From Candidatus Moranbacteria bacterium CG_4_9_14_3_um_filter_44_28 (GTDB lineage Bacteria; Patescibacteriota; Minisyncoccia; Moranbacterales; UBA11712), in contig PFVO01000042.1 of NCBI GenBank assembly GCA_002790655.1, positions 1 to 50,562 on the forward strand: DNA of 50,562 nucleotides, written 5' to 3'. Positions 36,070-45,528 of the stretch are shown in pieces (within the stretch, counting starts at the first letter, position 1; every line of letters begins with the position of its first letter). The notes beneath the pieces were generated by a model. It saw nothing but the letters and a program-made list of their open reading frames with translations, was not told the origin of the DNA and did no database searches. The position numbers were made by a program, and so were the translations under genes.

Positions 36070-37545
36070 TTATTTTATCTTTTCAATTGCTTTTTGTATT
36101 CTAAAAAGGGTTTCCCTCTTCCCTACCGCCCACGCTACCTCCCACGGCGACGGACTTTTTTCTTTCCCGGTGAGAGCCACCCGAAGCGGCCAGAGCAGCT
36201 CTCCCCTATTCTCCGGATCAGCCGCGGCTAGGAGTTTATTTTTTAAATTTTCTAATGTCCATTTACTCTCCTCGACAGAAGAAATAATATCCAAAGCTTT
36301 TTTGAGGGATATCGCTAAATTATTGTTATCCATATCTTTCCATTTTAAAAGATCCTTTTCGTATGTTGGTTTTTTAAGGTAAACTTCTTTATTTTCGGCA
36401 ATGTCTGACAATTTCTTTATTCTTTCTTTTTCGACGGCGACAATTTTTTCAATATACTCGTCTGACAATTTCTCCTCATCTTCTTCAAGATATGGCCGAC
36501 TTGGTTCAATAAGCTCCCAGTCTTCCTTTTTTCGGAGATAAATACTATTCATCCAATCCAATTTATCTCTGTCGAAGATTGCTCCGGATTTATTGAGTTT
36601 TGATATGTCAAATTCCTCGATCAATTCTTCCAAAGTAAAAAATTCCTGTTCCGTTTTCGGATTCCAGCCCAGAAGGGCGATGAAATTCACCACTGCTTCC
36701 GGCAGATATCCCTTTTTCATGAAATCCCCGACACTGACGTCTCCGTCGCGCTTGGAAAGTTTCTTTTTCGTGTTTTTATTGAGTATCACGCAGAGATGTC
36801 CGTACTGCGGCGGATTCCAGTCAAACGCCTGATAAAGAAGCAGGTGTTTTGGCGTGCTGGAAAGCCATTCCTCCCCTCGCAATACAAGGGTTGTTTTCAT
36901 TAAATGATCGTCCACGACGTGGGCCAAGTGATAAGTGGGATAGCCATCTGATTTCAATATTACAAAGTCGTCTAAATTCTTGTTGGTAAACTTGACTTTA
37001 CCGCGCACGACATCTTCAAATTCCGTCTCCCCTGTCTCCGGAACATCAAAACGAATGACACATTTTTCGCCGTTCGCGATTTTCTTCTCGGCTTCCTCCC
37101 GCGAAATTTCTTTGAGACAAAGTTTGTCGTAAGCCGGGGCGAGGCGAGCTTTTTCCTGAACGGCCCGCAAACTGTCGAGTCTTTCCGGAGTGCAGAAGCA
37201 ATAATAGGCTTTCTTTTTTTCCACTAGCTCATGGGCATATTTTTTATAAATTTCAAGTCTTTTTGATTGAATATACGGCTTATATTCCCCTTTTTCATAA
37301 ATATCTCCTTTTTCATTGACAAAAACTCCCTCGTTATGCTTGAGACCCGCCCAGTCAAGTGAATCTATCAGTTTTTTTATCGCGCCGGGAACAACCCGCT
37401 TTTGATCCGTATCTTCGATCCGCAAAAAATAATCTCCTTTATGTTTTTTCGCATAAAGAAAATTATAAAGAGCCGTTCGCAGTCCTCCAATATGCAAATA
37501 TCCGGTTGGGCTGGGCGCAAAACGCACCCGGACTTTTTTGTTCAT
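36070..37545 (-). CDS. gltX: Glutamate--tRNA ligase
   Basis: RFAPSPTG, HIGG, RIEDTD, RGEEW, KLSKR. Confidence 0.97.
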   Translation of the reverse strand: MNKKVRVRFAPSPTGYLHIGGLRTALYNFLYAKKHKGDYFLRIEDTDQKRVVPGAIKKLIDSLDWAGLKHNEGVFVNEKGDIYEKGEYKPYIQSKRLEIYKKYAHELVEKKKAYYCFCTPERLDSLRAVQEKARLAPAYDKLCLKEISREEAEKKIANGEKCVIRFDVPETGETEFEDVVRGKVKFTNKNLDDFVILKSDGYPTYHLAHVVDDHLMKTTLVLRGEEWLSSTPKHLLLYQAFDWNPPQYGHLCVILNKNTKKKLSKRDGDVSVGDFMKKGYLPEAVVNFIALLGWNPKTEQEFFTLEELIEEFDISKLNKSGAIFDRDKLDWMNSIYLRKKEDWELIEPSRPYLEEDEEKLSDEYIEKIVAVEKERIKKLSDIAENKEVYLKKPTYEKDLLKWKDMDNNNLAISLKKALDIISSVEESKWTLENLKNKLLAAADPENRGELLWPLRVALTGKEKSPSPWEVAWAVGKRETLFRIQKAIEKIK

Positions 37546-37548
37546 AAG

Positions 37549-38088
37549 TTATACCGTGATTATTATAAACGGCATCTGCCAATATAAAAAGGTCGCGAGG
37601 AGCAACGCCGCCAAAAACAAATTGCGCAAAACAAAATAGGCCGTTGGGTTATTCAAAACTGACCAGCGCGAGAGAAATCCGTGCCGGGAAAAACTATTAA
37701 AAACCAGGGCTGACGTGAAAAAAAGAAATATAAAAAAGATAAAGAGAAGAAGCGCCAGGACATCGGAAAGAAAAAAATTCTGTTCAATGAGATAGCCAAA
37801 AAAATAACGCGCCATCGGGGCATAGAGTATCTGGATGAAAAACAAATAGGAAAAAAATATCGCGCTCGTAATCCGTTCCACTTTTGCTGTAAAATCTTCT
37901 GCATACTGCTGATTGGATACCAGAACCGCAAAAAAATAAACCGCGAGGATTATATGCAAAAGATAAACAAGAGCCGCCGACCAGAAAATGTAATTTTGAA
38001 ACAAAACAAAACCCAGAACTAGAGCCAGGATGACTGAAAAAATTAATGTGATTATTCGCAAACTCGACATCTCATTTTGATTTAACAA
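37549..38088 (-). CDS. Hypothetical integral membrane protein
   Basis: About five hydrophobic segments; co-oriented in the operon. Confidence 0.65.
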   Translation of the reverse strand: MLNQNEMSSLRIITLIFSVILALVLGFVLFQNYIFWSAALVYLLHIILAVYFFAVLVSNQQYAEDFTAKVERITSAIFFSYLFFIQILYAPMARYFFGYLIEQNFFLSDVLALLLFIFFIFLFFTSALVFNSFSRHGFLSRWSVLNNPTAYFVLRNLFLAALLLATFLYWQMPFIIITV

Positions 38089-38794
38089 CAGTTAAAATTG
38101 GAAAAACAATAACCGCGTTCCAAATTCTTCGGAGCCTCTTTGGCTCCTGAACGAGCCGGAATAGCCATTCCAGCCCTGCCTTTCGCATCCATTTCGGCGC
38201 CCGTTTCATTTTCCCGATGAGAAAATCAAACGCTCCCCCTACCCCGACCAGAATCTTGGCGTTCGTAAATTTCGATCGGTTTTCAAAAATAAATTTTTCC
38301 TGCTCCGGCGCGCCAAAATTCACAAAAATGATTTCCGAGTTTTTCACCGCCTCACCTTCAAAAAAATTTCTCTCTAAATATCTCGCTTCCACATCTACTT
38401 CATACTTCCGCTCTATTCCCCGTTTTATCTCTTCGGGACTGCTCAAGCTGTCTCTGCAGACAATAACCAATACTTTTTTTCTATTTTTCTTTGCCAATTT
38501 CAGCAAATAATCCGTCAAATCCACTCCGGTATATCTCGACTTTATTCTTCTACCTTTCAGCGCAGCTGCGAACTTAATACCAAATCCGTCACACAAGTTC
38601 AAATCTGAACTATTAAGAATATCTTGATAATTTTTGTCGTGATAACCCTTTAGAATAATTTCGGGATTAAGCGTGGCAATAAATTTTTGTTGCGGCGGGT
38701 TTTCCAAAATACCTTTTAACCAGTCATTAACTTCCTCTCTTAAGAGATTATCCACTCTTATACTTAATAATTTAACATTCGCATTCATTCGCAT
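38072..38794 (-). CDS. WecB/TagA/CpsF (GT26) glycosyltransferase
   Basis: TLNPE, DGFG, GAPEQE, GVGGAFD, GLEWLFRL.QEP.R. Confidence 0.93.
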   Translation of the reverse strand: MRMNANVKLLSIRVDNLLREEVNDWLKGILENPPQQKFIATLNPEIILKGYHDKNYQDILNSSDLNLCDGFGIKFAAALKGRRIKSRYTGVDLTDYLLKLAKKNRKKVLVIVCRDSLSSPEEIKRGIERKYEVDVEARYLERNFFEGEAVKNSEIIFVNFGAPEQEKFIFENRSKFTNAKILVGVGGAFDFLIGKMKRAPKWMRKAGLEWLFRLVQEPKRLRRIWNAVIVFPILTVVKSK

Positions 38795-38795
38795 T

Positions 38796-39494
38796 TTATT
38801 CTAACAGAAATGACTCCAGAATATAATAAACTCTCTTGCCCTTCTCAAATTTGCTTTCGTATAACTCGATCGAGTTCACCGAAACGGAAAATTTGAAATC
38901 TCTTTCCACTTCCGGCTCCGGTTTACCCCGCACCACAGATTTATCTTGCCGTCCGGCAGATAAGTGATCATAGCATTCTGTGGTGCGGGGTAAAATTTTT
39001 CTCCATTTTTCCTTTCTGATTCTTCCCAGAGTAATATGAGGTCTAAACTCTCTCTTTTCCCCTACGTGAAATCCAAGCGCTTTATCCAGCCGATATTTTA
39101 GATCAGACAATTCGTCGCTTTTCTCGCCCGTTGCCCAAATCATTTTCTTTATTTCGTCAGTCGGCCCCGGCTCTATTTTTACAAATTCCAGTTCGAAAGA
39201 CTGAAAATCCTGAACGGCGCTCTGAATAACCTCACAGACACCCAAAATATTTTCATCTGAAACGTAACCCAGAAAAATGAGCGTCAGGTGAAAATTTTCC
39301 CATCGAACCCATTTCACCCCGCACCACAGCCGGTTTTGATCTTTTATTCGCCTGGATAATCGATTTGAGCCATGCAAACGAAGCTGTGGTGCGGGGCAAG
39401 CGGGTAAATCCCCATATTCTTTTTCGACAAAACGAAACAGGCGCTTTTTGACGTCTTCCGGCAAACCAATTGCCACAAACAAGCGCTTTTGCAT
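38796..39494 (-). CDS. thpR: RNA 2',3'-cyclic phosphodiesterase (2H superfamily) carrying two in-frame insertions
   Basis: RLFVAI, HLTL.FLG, F.PHITLGR, LYES; start ATG 39494. Confidence 0.92.
   Translation of the reverse strand: MQKRLFVAIGLPEDVKKRLFRFVEKEYGDLPACPAPQLRLHGSNRLSRRIKDQNRLWCGVKWVRWENFHLTLIFLGYVSDENILGVCEVIQSAVQDFQSFELEFVKIEPGPTDEIKKMIWATGEKSDELSDLKYRLDKALGFHVGEKREFRPHITLGRIRKEKWRKILPRTTECYDHLSAGRQDKSVVRGKPEPEVERDFKFSVSVNSIELYESKFEKGKRVYYILESFLLE
38926..38994. mobile_element. CCCCGCACCACAG-family element in thpR (copy 2)
   Basis: Perfect 18-bp IR TTTACCCCGCACCACAGA (38922-38939) / TCTGTGGTGCGGGGTAAA (38977-38994); adds 23 aa. Confidence 0.9.
39317..39400. mobile_element. CCCCGCACCACAG-family element in thpR (copy 1)
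   Basis: 14-bp IR 39317-39330 / 39383-39396 plus CAAG; 84 nt; removal restores GDLPVKWV. Confidence 0.9.
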
Positions 39495-39500
39495 AAGAAA

Positions 39501-39529
39501 ATTATAGCATTTTACCAACCAATTTTCAA
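39501..39529 (-). promoter_or_regulatory. Near-consensus promoter for thpR, probably giving a leaderless mRNA
   Basis: TTGAAA, 17 nt, TGC-TATAAT; 6 nt separate the -10 box from the ATG. Confidence 0.7.
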
Positions 39530-39539
39530 CCCGAATCTT

Positions 39540-41750
39540 CTACTCCACTTCCACGTCATAAATCGTCGCCACGTCTGATTTTTCTTCGGAACGGATTTCG
39601 GATCCATCGGCGGCGCGAATGTCGAAAATCACTTCGTTTTCTCCCGGCCGGATATCTTTTACTTTCGCTTCAATTGAAATTTTCGTATCAAGCTGGGTAA
39701 TATATTTTTTGTAAACTTCCTGCCCGTTAACAAGAACCTTAAGTCCGAGAGGCTTATAGAGTTTAATTTTAAAATTGAATTTCCCATCCTGCGGAATTTG
39801 CGCCATATTCACGATTTTCACACCCGCCCCGTTTTCCGCCCAGCGCTGAAGGCCGTTTTTTGACTTGCTCTTGCCGACCCAGTGTTTATTTGAATAATCC
39901 ATCGCCAAAAACATATGTTCCGGTATATCACTCTGGTCAATCTTGCAGGCATAAAGGTACTCATCCTTATATTCATCCGCACATTTTATGACATTTTGGA
40001 TATAAGCCCTGGCCGAATACAGCATGTTTAAATCACCTTTCGCTGGATTTCCCTTGAGTCCCTCTTTGTCTAATATGATATACCGGATATTATAATAATT
40101 TAGAATTTCGCTTGATATCTTATAATATGAATCCTTCATTATGTCGCGGTCATTGCCATTGCTCCCGTCCGGCAAATCATAAAGAATAGTCCGGATAATT
40201 GGAGTCCCTCGCTGAAAAGTATAATGATCCTTTATTACCCGGGCAAAATCGTAGCCATTTATTGTATTTTTGCGATGAATGCTCTTCCATACCAAATCAC
40301 GCGAAGCAAAATCATAATCCGTGCTCCCGGGGACTTCAAGCACGCTGTAATTTTCCTTGTCTTGACCTAATTTTTCATAAAAAGAAGAATGGAGAAGCAG
40401 ATTAGTCTTGAGAGGAATTGCGAGAAATTCAAGGATGATGATTATGCTAATTATAAAAAATACAATTTTTTGTCTGCGACCAAGCCCAAAAAGATCGATG
40501 CGTTTGCTTTTTGCAATATCACCAGTTGGCGATTCTTCTTTTATTCCTTCCTTTTTATTTCTTATTTTTGATATCACATACGTGCTTCCCCACGCCGCGA
40601 GAACGGAAAAGGCCAGCATAGAATATACAAAAAGCCGTCCGACAGTTCGGATATTATTAAAAAACGGAAGATAATTATAGGCCAGGAGATACGGCATTTT
40701 TATCGGCGGTTCGATTTGCCCCTTGAAATGAAGGTATGGTCCGAGAGACAAAATATAGAAGCCAAGGGCCACTGCCAGCCAAAACCACTTCTGGGAAATC
40801 CGGTTTTTGAAGAAAGCGAAAGTTGAAAGCAACAGCACAAAAAATCCGACGTAAACTGAAAATGTGCTGTCCGTTCTCCTTTCGAAAGTTTGCCGGACCC
40901 CCGAAAAAGCGTTCGGCCAAAAAGAATGAAAAGAAGGAGGGATGAAAATGCTCAAAGTGTCATTGGAGTATTTCACTGCCGCCTTAAATCCCGGATCGAG
41001 ATAATTGTCTCCAGAAGAGGCTATATTAAACAACGAACGGAACATAAAAAAGAAAAGGACTGATAAGACAAGAAGGCTGATAACCGCATAGAGCCAAAAC
41101 TTGCCTTTCAAAAAAATCTTCGGCTGGAAAATAAGTTTATAGACGAGAAAGAATAAAACGAATATTACGGTAAACGCCAGAAGCTGATGTTCGGAAAAAC
41201 CGATCAAAAGCAAAAACAATCCCGCCAGCGCGAAATTTTTGAACTTCAAGTCATCAAAAAATTTGAAAAGATAAAGCGCGAAAAACGGCAGCCACTCCTG
41301 ATGCATTGTGCCCACGTTGGTACTCAACGAATTGTGAAGATGAAACGGCGAAAAAGCGAAAATAATTCCGGCAAGGAGCGACGCTGATTTACTTTTTGTA
41401 AAGTAATAAGCCAGAAGATAGGCACCGAACCCGGAAAGGATAAACGACGCGAAAAAAAGCAGATTATAGCCGATTATTTTTCCAAAAATCAGCTCGAAAT
41501 AAGCATAGAGCGTGATGATGTTAAATTCCGACCGCCCCGCGAGTTCAATTGTTCCCTTGAAAATGCCAAGATCCTCGAGGACATTGACTCTTTCCCCCAC
41601 CGTTCCAATTACCTGCATTGTATCCGACCCGAAACTGGGAACGGAAGAAAAAAAATGCCAAAAAGCAGGCCAGGTGAGAATAAGCGTTAAGACGGCATAA
41701 AAAATAATTATTTGTAAAGATTCGTGTTTTTTCTTTTCAGATTTTTCCAT
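39540..41750 (-). CDS. Polytopic membrane protein, probable GT-C-fold glycosyltransferase (YfhO-like)
   Basis: Many TMs; YN.L, AGIIFAFSPFH, LSLGP, R..GR motifs; extracellular C-terminal domain. Confidence 0.72.
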   Translation of the reverse strand: MEKSEKKKHESLQIIIFYAVLTLILTWPAFWHFFSSVPSFGSDTMQVIGTVGERVNVLEDLGIFKGTIELAGRSEFNIITLYAYFELIFGKIIGYNLLFFASFILSGFGAYLLAYYFTKSKSASLLAGIIFAFSPFHLHNSLSTNVGTMHQEWLPFFALYLFKFFDDLKFKNFALAGLFLLLIGFSEHQLLAFTVIFVLFFLVYKLIFQPKIFLKGKFWLYAVISLLVLSVLFFFMFRSLFNIASSGDNYLDPGFKAAVKYSNDTLSIFIPPSFHSFWPNAFSGVRQTFERRTDSTFSVYVGFFVLLLSTFAFFKNRISQKWFWLAVALGFYILSLGPYLHFKGQIEPPIKMPYLLAYNYLPFFNNIRTVGRLFVYSMLAFSVLAAWGSTYVISKIRNKKEGIKEESPTGDIAKSKRIDLFGLGRRQKIVFFIISIIIILEFLAIPLKTNLLLHSSFYEKLGQDKENYSVLEVPGSTDYDFASRDLVWKSIHRKNTINGYDFARVIKDHYTFQRGTPIIRTILYDLPDGSNGNDRDIMKDSYYKISSEILNYYNIRYIILDKEGLKGNPAKGDLNMLYSARAYIQNVIKCADEYKDEYLYACKIDQSDIPEHMFLAMDYSNKHWVGKSKSKNGLQRWAENGAGVKIVNMAQIPQDGKFNFKIKLYKPLGLKVLVNGQEVYKKYITQLDTKISIEAKVKDIRPGENEVIFDIRAADGSEIRSEEKSDVATIYDVEVE

Positions 41751-41761
41751 GGTCCAAATAA

Positions 41762-41826
41762 AATATTAAATAGAAAATAGAAAATATTTTTGAATTTTTA
41801 CTATTTTCTTTTTGCTTTTTTATATT
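41762..41826. repeat. AT-rich inverted repeat with 7-nt periodicity
   Basis: 41762-41786 matches the reverse complement of 41802-41826 at 21/25 positions. Confidence 0.55.
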
Positions 41827-42553
41827 ATTTATATTTCCCTCTCCAATCATTCACTCTTATCCTCAACAAATCCCAGGTCATGTTGAGCGGATCACGGACC
41901 AGCCGGATATGGCTTTCCGGTGGATTTTGGAGAGAAATGGGAAGTTCCTTCATTTTATAACCGAATTTATTGGCCAAGAAAATCACCTCTGCGTCAAAAG
42001 CAAATCTTTTCACGGTGAGGCGCGAAAAAATTTTCATCGCCGCTTCCCGGCGAAAAACTTTGAAGCCGCACTGGGTATCCTTTATGTTCCATATGTTTAT
42101 GATTATTATCCGCAACAGCCGGAATATTTTTTCCATGATCCGCCGATGCCAGACCACGGGCCTCAAGATTTTCAGCCCCGGCACAAAACGCGAAGCGATT
42201 ACAAGATCAAAACCATTCTTCACCTCCTCCAAAAATCCATCGAGTTCTTCTATGGGAATTCCTAGATCGGCATCCAGAAACATTACCGTCTCAAAACGAC
42301 TCTTCAAAATGCCCCGCTGGACCGCTTTTCCTTTTCCCTCATTGGGCTGATTGTCAATTATCCTTATTGGAAACTCTTTCTGGAATCTCCTCAACTCTTC
42401 AAGGGTTTTGTCAGCGCTCCCGTCGTTGACCGCAATCAGCTCAAAATCATGAAAACGATTATTTAAGTAATCGAAAATGTTTTTAAGATTGAAGTAAATG
42501 GTTTTTTCCTCATTAAAACAAGGAACAACCACCGAAATCCGGCCGCTTTTCAT
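41825..42553 (-). CDS. GT2, dolichyl/polyprenyl-phosphate beta-glucosyltransferase-like
   Basis: VPCFNEE, NDGSAD, GKG.AV, DAD, DTQCGFK, FAFDAE. Confidence 0.9.
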   Translation of the reverse strand: MKSGRISVVVPCFNEEKTIYFNLKNIFDYLNNRFHDFELIAVNDGSADKTLEELRRFQKEFPIRIIDNQPNEGKGKAVQRGILKSRFETVMFLDADLGIPIEELDGFLEEVKNGFDLVIASRFVPGLKILRPVVWHRRIMEKIFRLLRIIIINIWNIKDTQCGFKVFRREAAMKIFSRLTVKRFAFDAEVIFLANKFGYKMKELPISLQNPPESHIRLVRDPLNMTWDLLRIRVNDWRGKYK

Positions 42554-42597
42554 AGATATTTTTAAATTTCCTCAATTCTATTTTACTCTAATTCAAA

Positions 42598-44331
42598 TTA
42601 TTTTTCCAATGAGATCCCGAAGATATCTTTCCAAAATATTCTTTTCGACTTCTCTTCTTTTTCTCCTGCAAAAAAAGCACCCGCGTCTTCTTTTGGATTT
42701 ATTTTATACACAGTGAGCGCTCCAAACTTATTTTGCGATAAAATATCAAATTTTTCTTTGTTTTTCAGGCTGAAATTTTTGCTGCGGGTCAGACCAAAGG
42801 CATAAAAACATCCGTCCTGCCCGCCGTCATAATTTTTAATGGAAACCGCATTCAGATTTGCAAGTGCCAGCACGTATTTCGCGGGCGACTTGTATTCCGA
42901 GCTGGCGCTTATAAAAATAAGCGGCTTATCACAATCGCGTTTAATATATTCGGATGCTTTCTCGAGATGCCAAAGCACGATGCCATCCTGCGCTTTGAGA
43001 ATAATTGTTCGCTTAGGATAAACCACCCGCTTCTGGGAGGACCTTATTTCTTTAAACCAGAAATAGGTTCCAGTGAGATTCCCAAAAAACATTATCGAGA
43101 GCGCCAAAACAACGCAGATTTTCCAAAAAATACGTCGTTTCTCCCAGAAAAATACGGCAAGATAGCCGACAAAAATAAACGGCAGCGCGAGAAGCGGCAA
43201 AAAAAATCGCGGCCGGATTTGATAAGCAATCGGGATATAAGCCAAAAAATATACCGGAAACCAAAGAAGCGAAACAAGAATAAAATTTTTCCTGCCCGAA
43301 TTTTCCTCGCGGCGATAAAACTTGAAACCGAAAAACAGCGCCGGCAAAATCGCGCCCAGCCAGGAAACTATCGCCCCTTTAATGCCAGTCTTCCTGCTTA
43401 TCCAGCTCGTCAAAATCAAAAACCAATTTTGCCCGAAGTAGCGGATATCCCGCTTTACATTTTGCCAAAAACTGTGCGCTGACGGTTTTTCCTTAAGAGC
43501 CGATATGAACTCGCGGGTATTTTCTCCCTTGGAGATAACTTCATTCAAAAATACAGGGAGATAGAATAAAAGGACAACAAAAACAAATATCACCGCTTTT
43601 TTCCAGTCCAAGAATTTGCCGGCGTCTTTTCTGTTTTTCCAGAGAAAAATTGCCGTTATCACCGGCAGAGTCAGAAAGGAAAGAAAATGAAGCTGAGTCG
43701 AGACCGCGAAAGAAGCGCCTGCCAGAATCACCCAGCGCAAGCGGTATTTTATTTTCTTGCCCCGCACCACAGATTCCTCCGATGAAGCGGCAGTATTTTT
43801 ATTTAATAGACCTTGGCGACTTTCTGTGGTGCGGGGTGAATCGAATACGTTGAGAAGCGAATAAAAATAAAGAAGATTGAAAAAAGAGAGTGAATTCGGA
43901 TTCCAGGCAAAGCGGGAGTACTGAATTCCCAAAAAGCAAACGGAATAAAGTCCCGCGAGCACCAGCGACCAGTCGCGGGAAAAATATTTTTTGGCGAATA
44001 TGTAAAAAAGCGGAATGGAAAGAATTCCGAAAAGCAAATCCGGAAAGGCCATCACCGCCGGATGCGTGCTCTGGAAAATAGCCGCCGCCAGATATTGGAA
44101 ATAATAAAATACCGGCCCGACATTCAGCTCCGTTCCGCCTGCCTTTGGTCCGAGAAGCGGAAGCCAGCCTGGCCCCTTTTCAAAAGCGTCGCGGATAAGC
44201 ATTGCGTCCCGGGCCTGGTCCATTTTGAAAAACAGCCAGTCGGAAAAATGCCAGACGCGCAAAAAAACGGCCAGGCCCAGAACAAAGAAAAAAATTATTT
44301 CTTTGTAATTTTTTTTGAGGAAATCTTTCAT
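42598..44331 (-). CDS. ArnT/GT39-like GT-C membrane glycosyltransferase
   Basis: DQARD, PLLGP, GP.FYY, SRFAWNPN, QLH. Confidence 0.82.
   Translation of the reverse strand: MKDFLKKNYKEIIFFFVLGLAVFLRVWHFSDWLFFKMDQARDAMLIRDAFEKGPGWLPLLGPKAGGTELNVGPVFYYFQYLAAAIFQSTHPAVMAFPDLLFGILSIPLFYIFAKKYFSRDWSLVLAGLYSVCFLGIQYSRFAWNPNSLSFFNLLYFYSLLNVFDSPRTTESRQGLLNKNTAASSEESVVRGKKIKYRLRWVILAGASFAVSTQLHFLSFLTLPVITAIFLWKNRKDAGKFLDWKKAVIFVFVVLLFYLPVFLNEVISKGENTREFISALKEKPSAHSFWQNVKRDIRYFGQNWFLILTSWISRKTGIKGAIVSWLGAILPALFFGFKFYRREENSGRKNFILVSLLWFPVYFLAYIPIAYQIRPRFFLPLLALPFIFVGYLAVFFWEKRRIFWKICVVLALSIMFFGNLTGTYFWFKEIRSSQKRVVYPKRTIILKAQDGIVLWHLEKASEYIKRDCDKPLIFISASSEYKSPAKYVLALANLNAVSIKNYDGGQDGCFYAFGLTRSKNFSLKNKEKFDILSQNKFGALTVYKINPKEDAGAFFAGEKEEKSKRIFWKDIFGISLEK
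43756..43836. mobile_element. CCCCGCACCACAG-family element in the GT-C gene (copy 3)
   Basis: CTTG plus 14-bp IR 43760-43773 / 43823-43836; 81 nt = PRTTESRQ...SVVRGK (27 aa). Confidence 0.9.
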
Positions 44332-45528
44332 TTAATTTCCCGGATCAAGGCTTTTTACCCGCGCTTTGCCGCTATGCCGGCTGTCGCTGAATGAAATGTA
44401 CAATTTGTTTTCCGAAACGGCGAGTGAGGGATCTCCTTTTCCTTTTCCACTCGAAAGATATTTGCTTCCCCTGCTCTTCGTTTTTTCCCAACCCTGGCCG
44501 CTCCAGGATTTGGCTTTCACTTTCCATTTTCCCCGCCCGATTTTCTTCGAGTAAGCGACAAAAACTTTTCCTGCTTGATTTGCGGCTATCGCCGGCTCAA
44601 CGGTTCCTCCCGTTTCCGCGATTCCCCCGCCGACACTTTCCCAAGAGCTGCCGTTCCATTTGAGAACATGAATATTTTTTTCGTTTTTTCCCGCATAAGT
44701 GAGAAACAGATTCCTGTTCACGTCAGCCGCAAGATTTGGGCTGAACCCCCGCTCTTCGCTTATTAGTCCGTCCGGATGATACCCGTCAGAAAGATTTTCC
44801 CAGGAACTGCCATCCCATTTTTTTGCCCGAATTCTCCCGCCGGAATTGATGTCTTCAAAGGCAGCGTAAATTTGATTGTCAATCCGCGACGGAGCCAATG
44901 TTACTTCGGAAGCTGTTGAATCGCTAATCAGGCCATCCGGATTATTCCCGTCTTCAACGTTGCTCCAGCCAGAGACGTCATTCCACTTCATTACCCGGAT
45001 TCGCTCACTGCTTGCCTCATCGCGAAAAGCGGCGTACAAATTTTCCTGCGACCGGTCAAAACACAAATCAGGTTCAAATCCCTGCTGACTGCTTATATAA
45101 CCGAGCGCGTGGCCGGAATCCTCCAAATCCGACCAGCTCGATCCGCTCCATTTTCGCACTCTCGCTCTTCTTCCCGCGTCTAAATCCGTATACGCCGCAT
45201 AAATGTCATCGCCTTTCGTTTCCAGAACCGGGTTCCAGCCATTGCGGGCAATATAGCCCTTTTTTGAGTCGCCGGATAAATCAGTCCAGCTTGAGCCATC
45301 AAATTCTCTGACAAAAACTCTGTCCCGTTTGTTTTGGAAAGCGAGATATATTTTCCCCGAATCAGAAACAGCAATGTTAGTTTCATTGGCTTTCTCCAGA
45401 CTCGCCAGCCCGTTTTTTGTCTTTCGGCCGTTCAAATCCGTCCAGTTGTAATTCGAAGCCGAATACACAAAAAGAGGCAAAAAAACCGCCGCGAAGAGAA
45501 AAAAAATTATTTTATTTTTTCTTATCAT
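44332..45528 (-). CDS. Secreted repeat protein, probable beta-propeller
   Basis: Signal peptide; about six 50-57 aa repeats containing IYxA(F/Y)...VxKW(D/N)GSSW. Confidence 0.75.
   Translation of the reverse strand: MIRKNKIIFFLFAAVFLPLFVYSASNYNWTDLNGRKTKNGLASLEKANETNIAVSDSGKIYLAFQNKRDRVFVREFDGSSWTDLSGDSKKGYIARNGWNPVLETKGDDIYAAYTDLDAGRRARVRKWSGSSWSDLEDSGHALGYISSQQGFEPDLCFDRSQENLYAAFRDEASSERIRVMKWNDVSGWSNVEDGNNPDGLISDSTASEVTLAPSRIDNQIYAAFEDINSGGRIRAKKWDGSSWENLSDGYHPDGLISEERGFSPNLAADVNRNLFLTYAGKNEKNIHVLKWNGSSWESVGGGIAETGGTVEPAIAANQAGKVFVAYSKKIGRGKWKVKAKSWSGQGWEKTKSRGSKYLSSGKGKGDPSLAVSENKLYISFSDSRHSGKARVKSLDPGN

Noticed and set aside
38776..38795. CATTCGCATT x2 at the start of the WecB/TagA gene
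   Set aside because: Only two copies of a 10-mer; insufficient to call an element
38922..43836. Repeated CCCCGCACCACAG motif as a CRISPR array or attC cassette array
   Set aside because: Copies are inverted pairs dispersed inside ORFs rather than regularly spaced direct repeats; no cas or integrase gene is present
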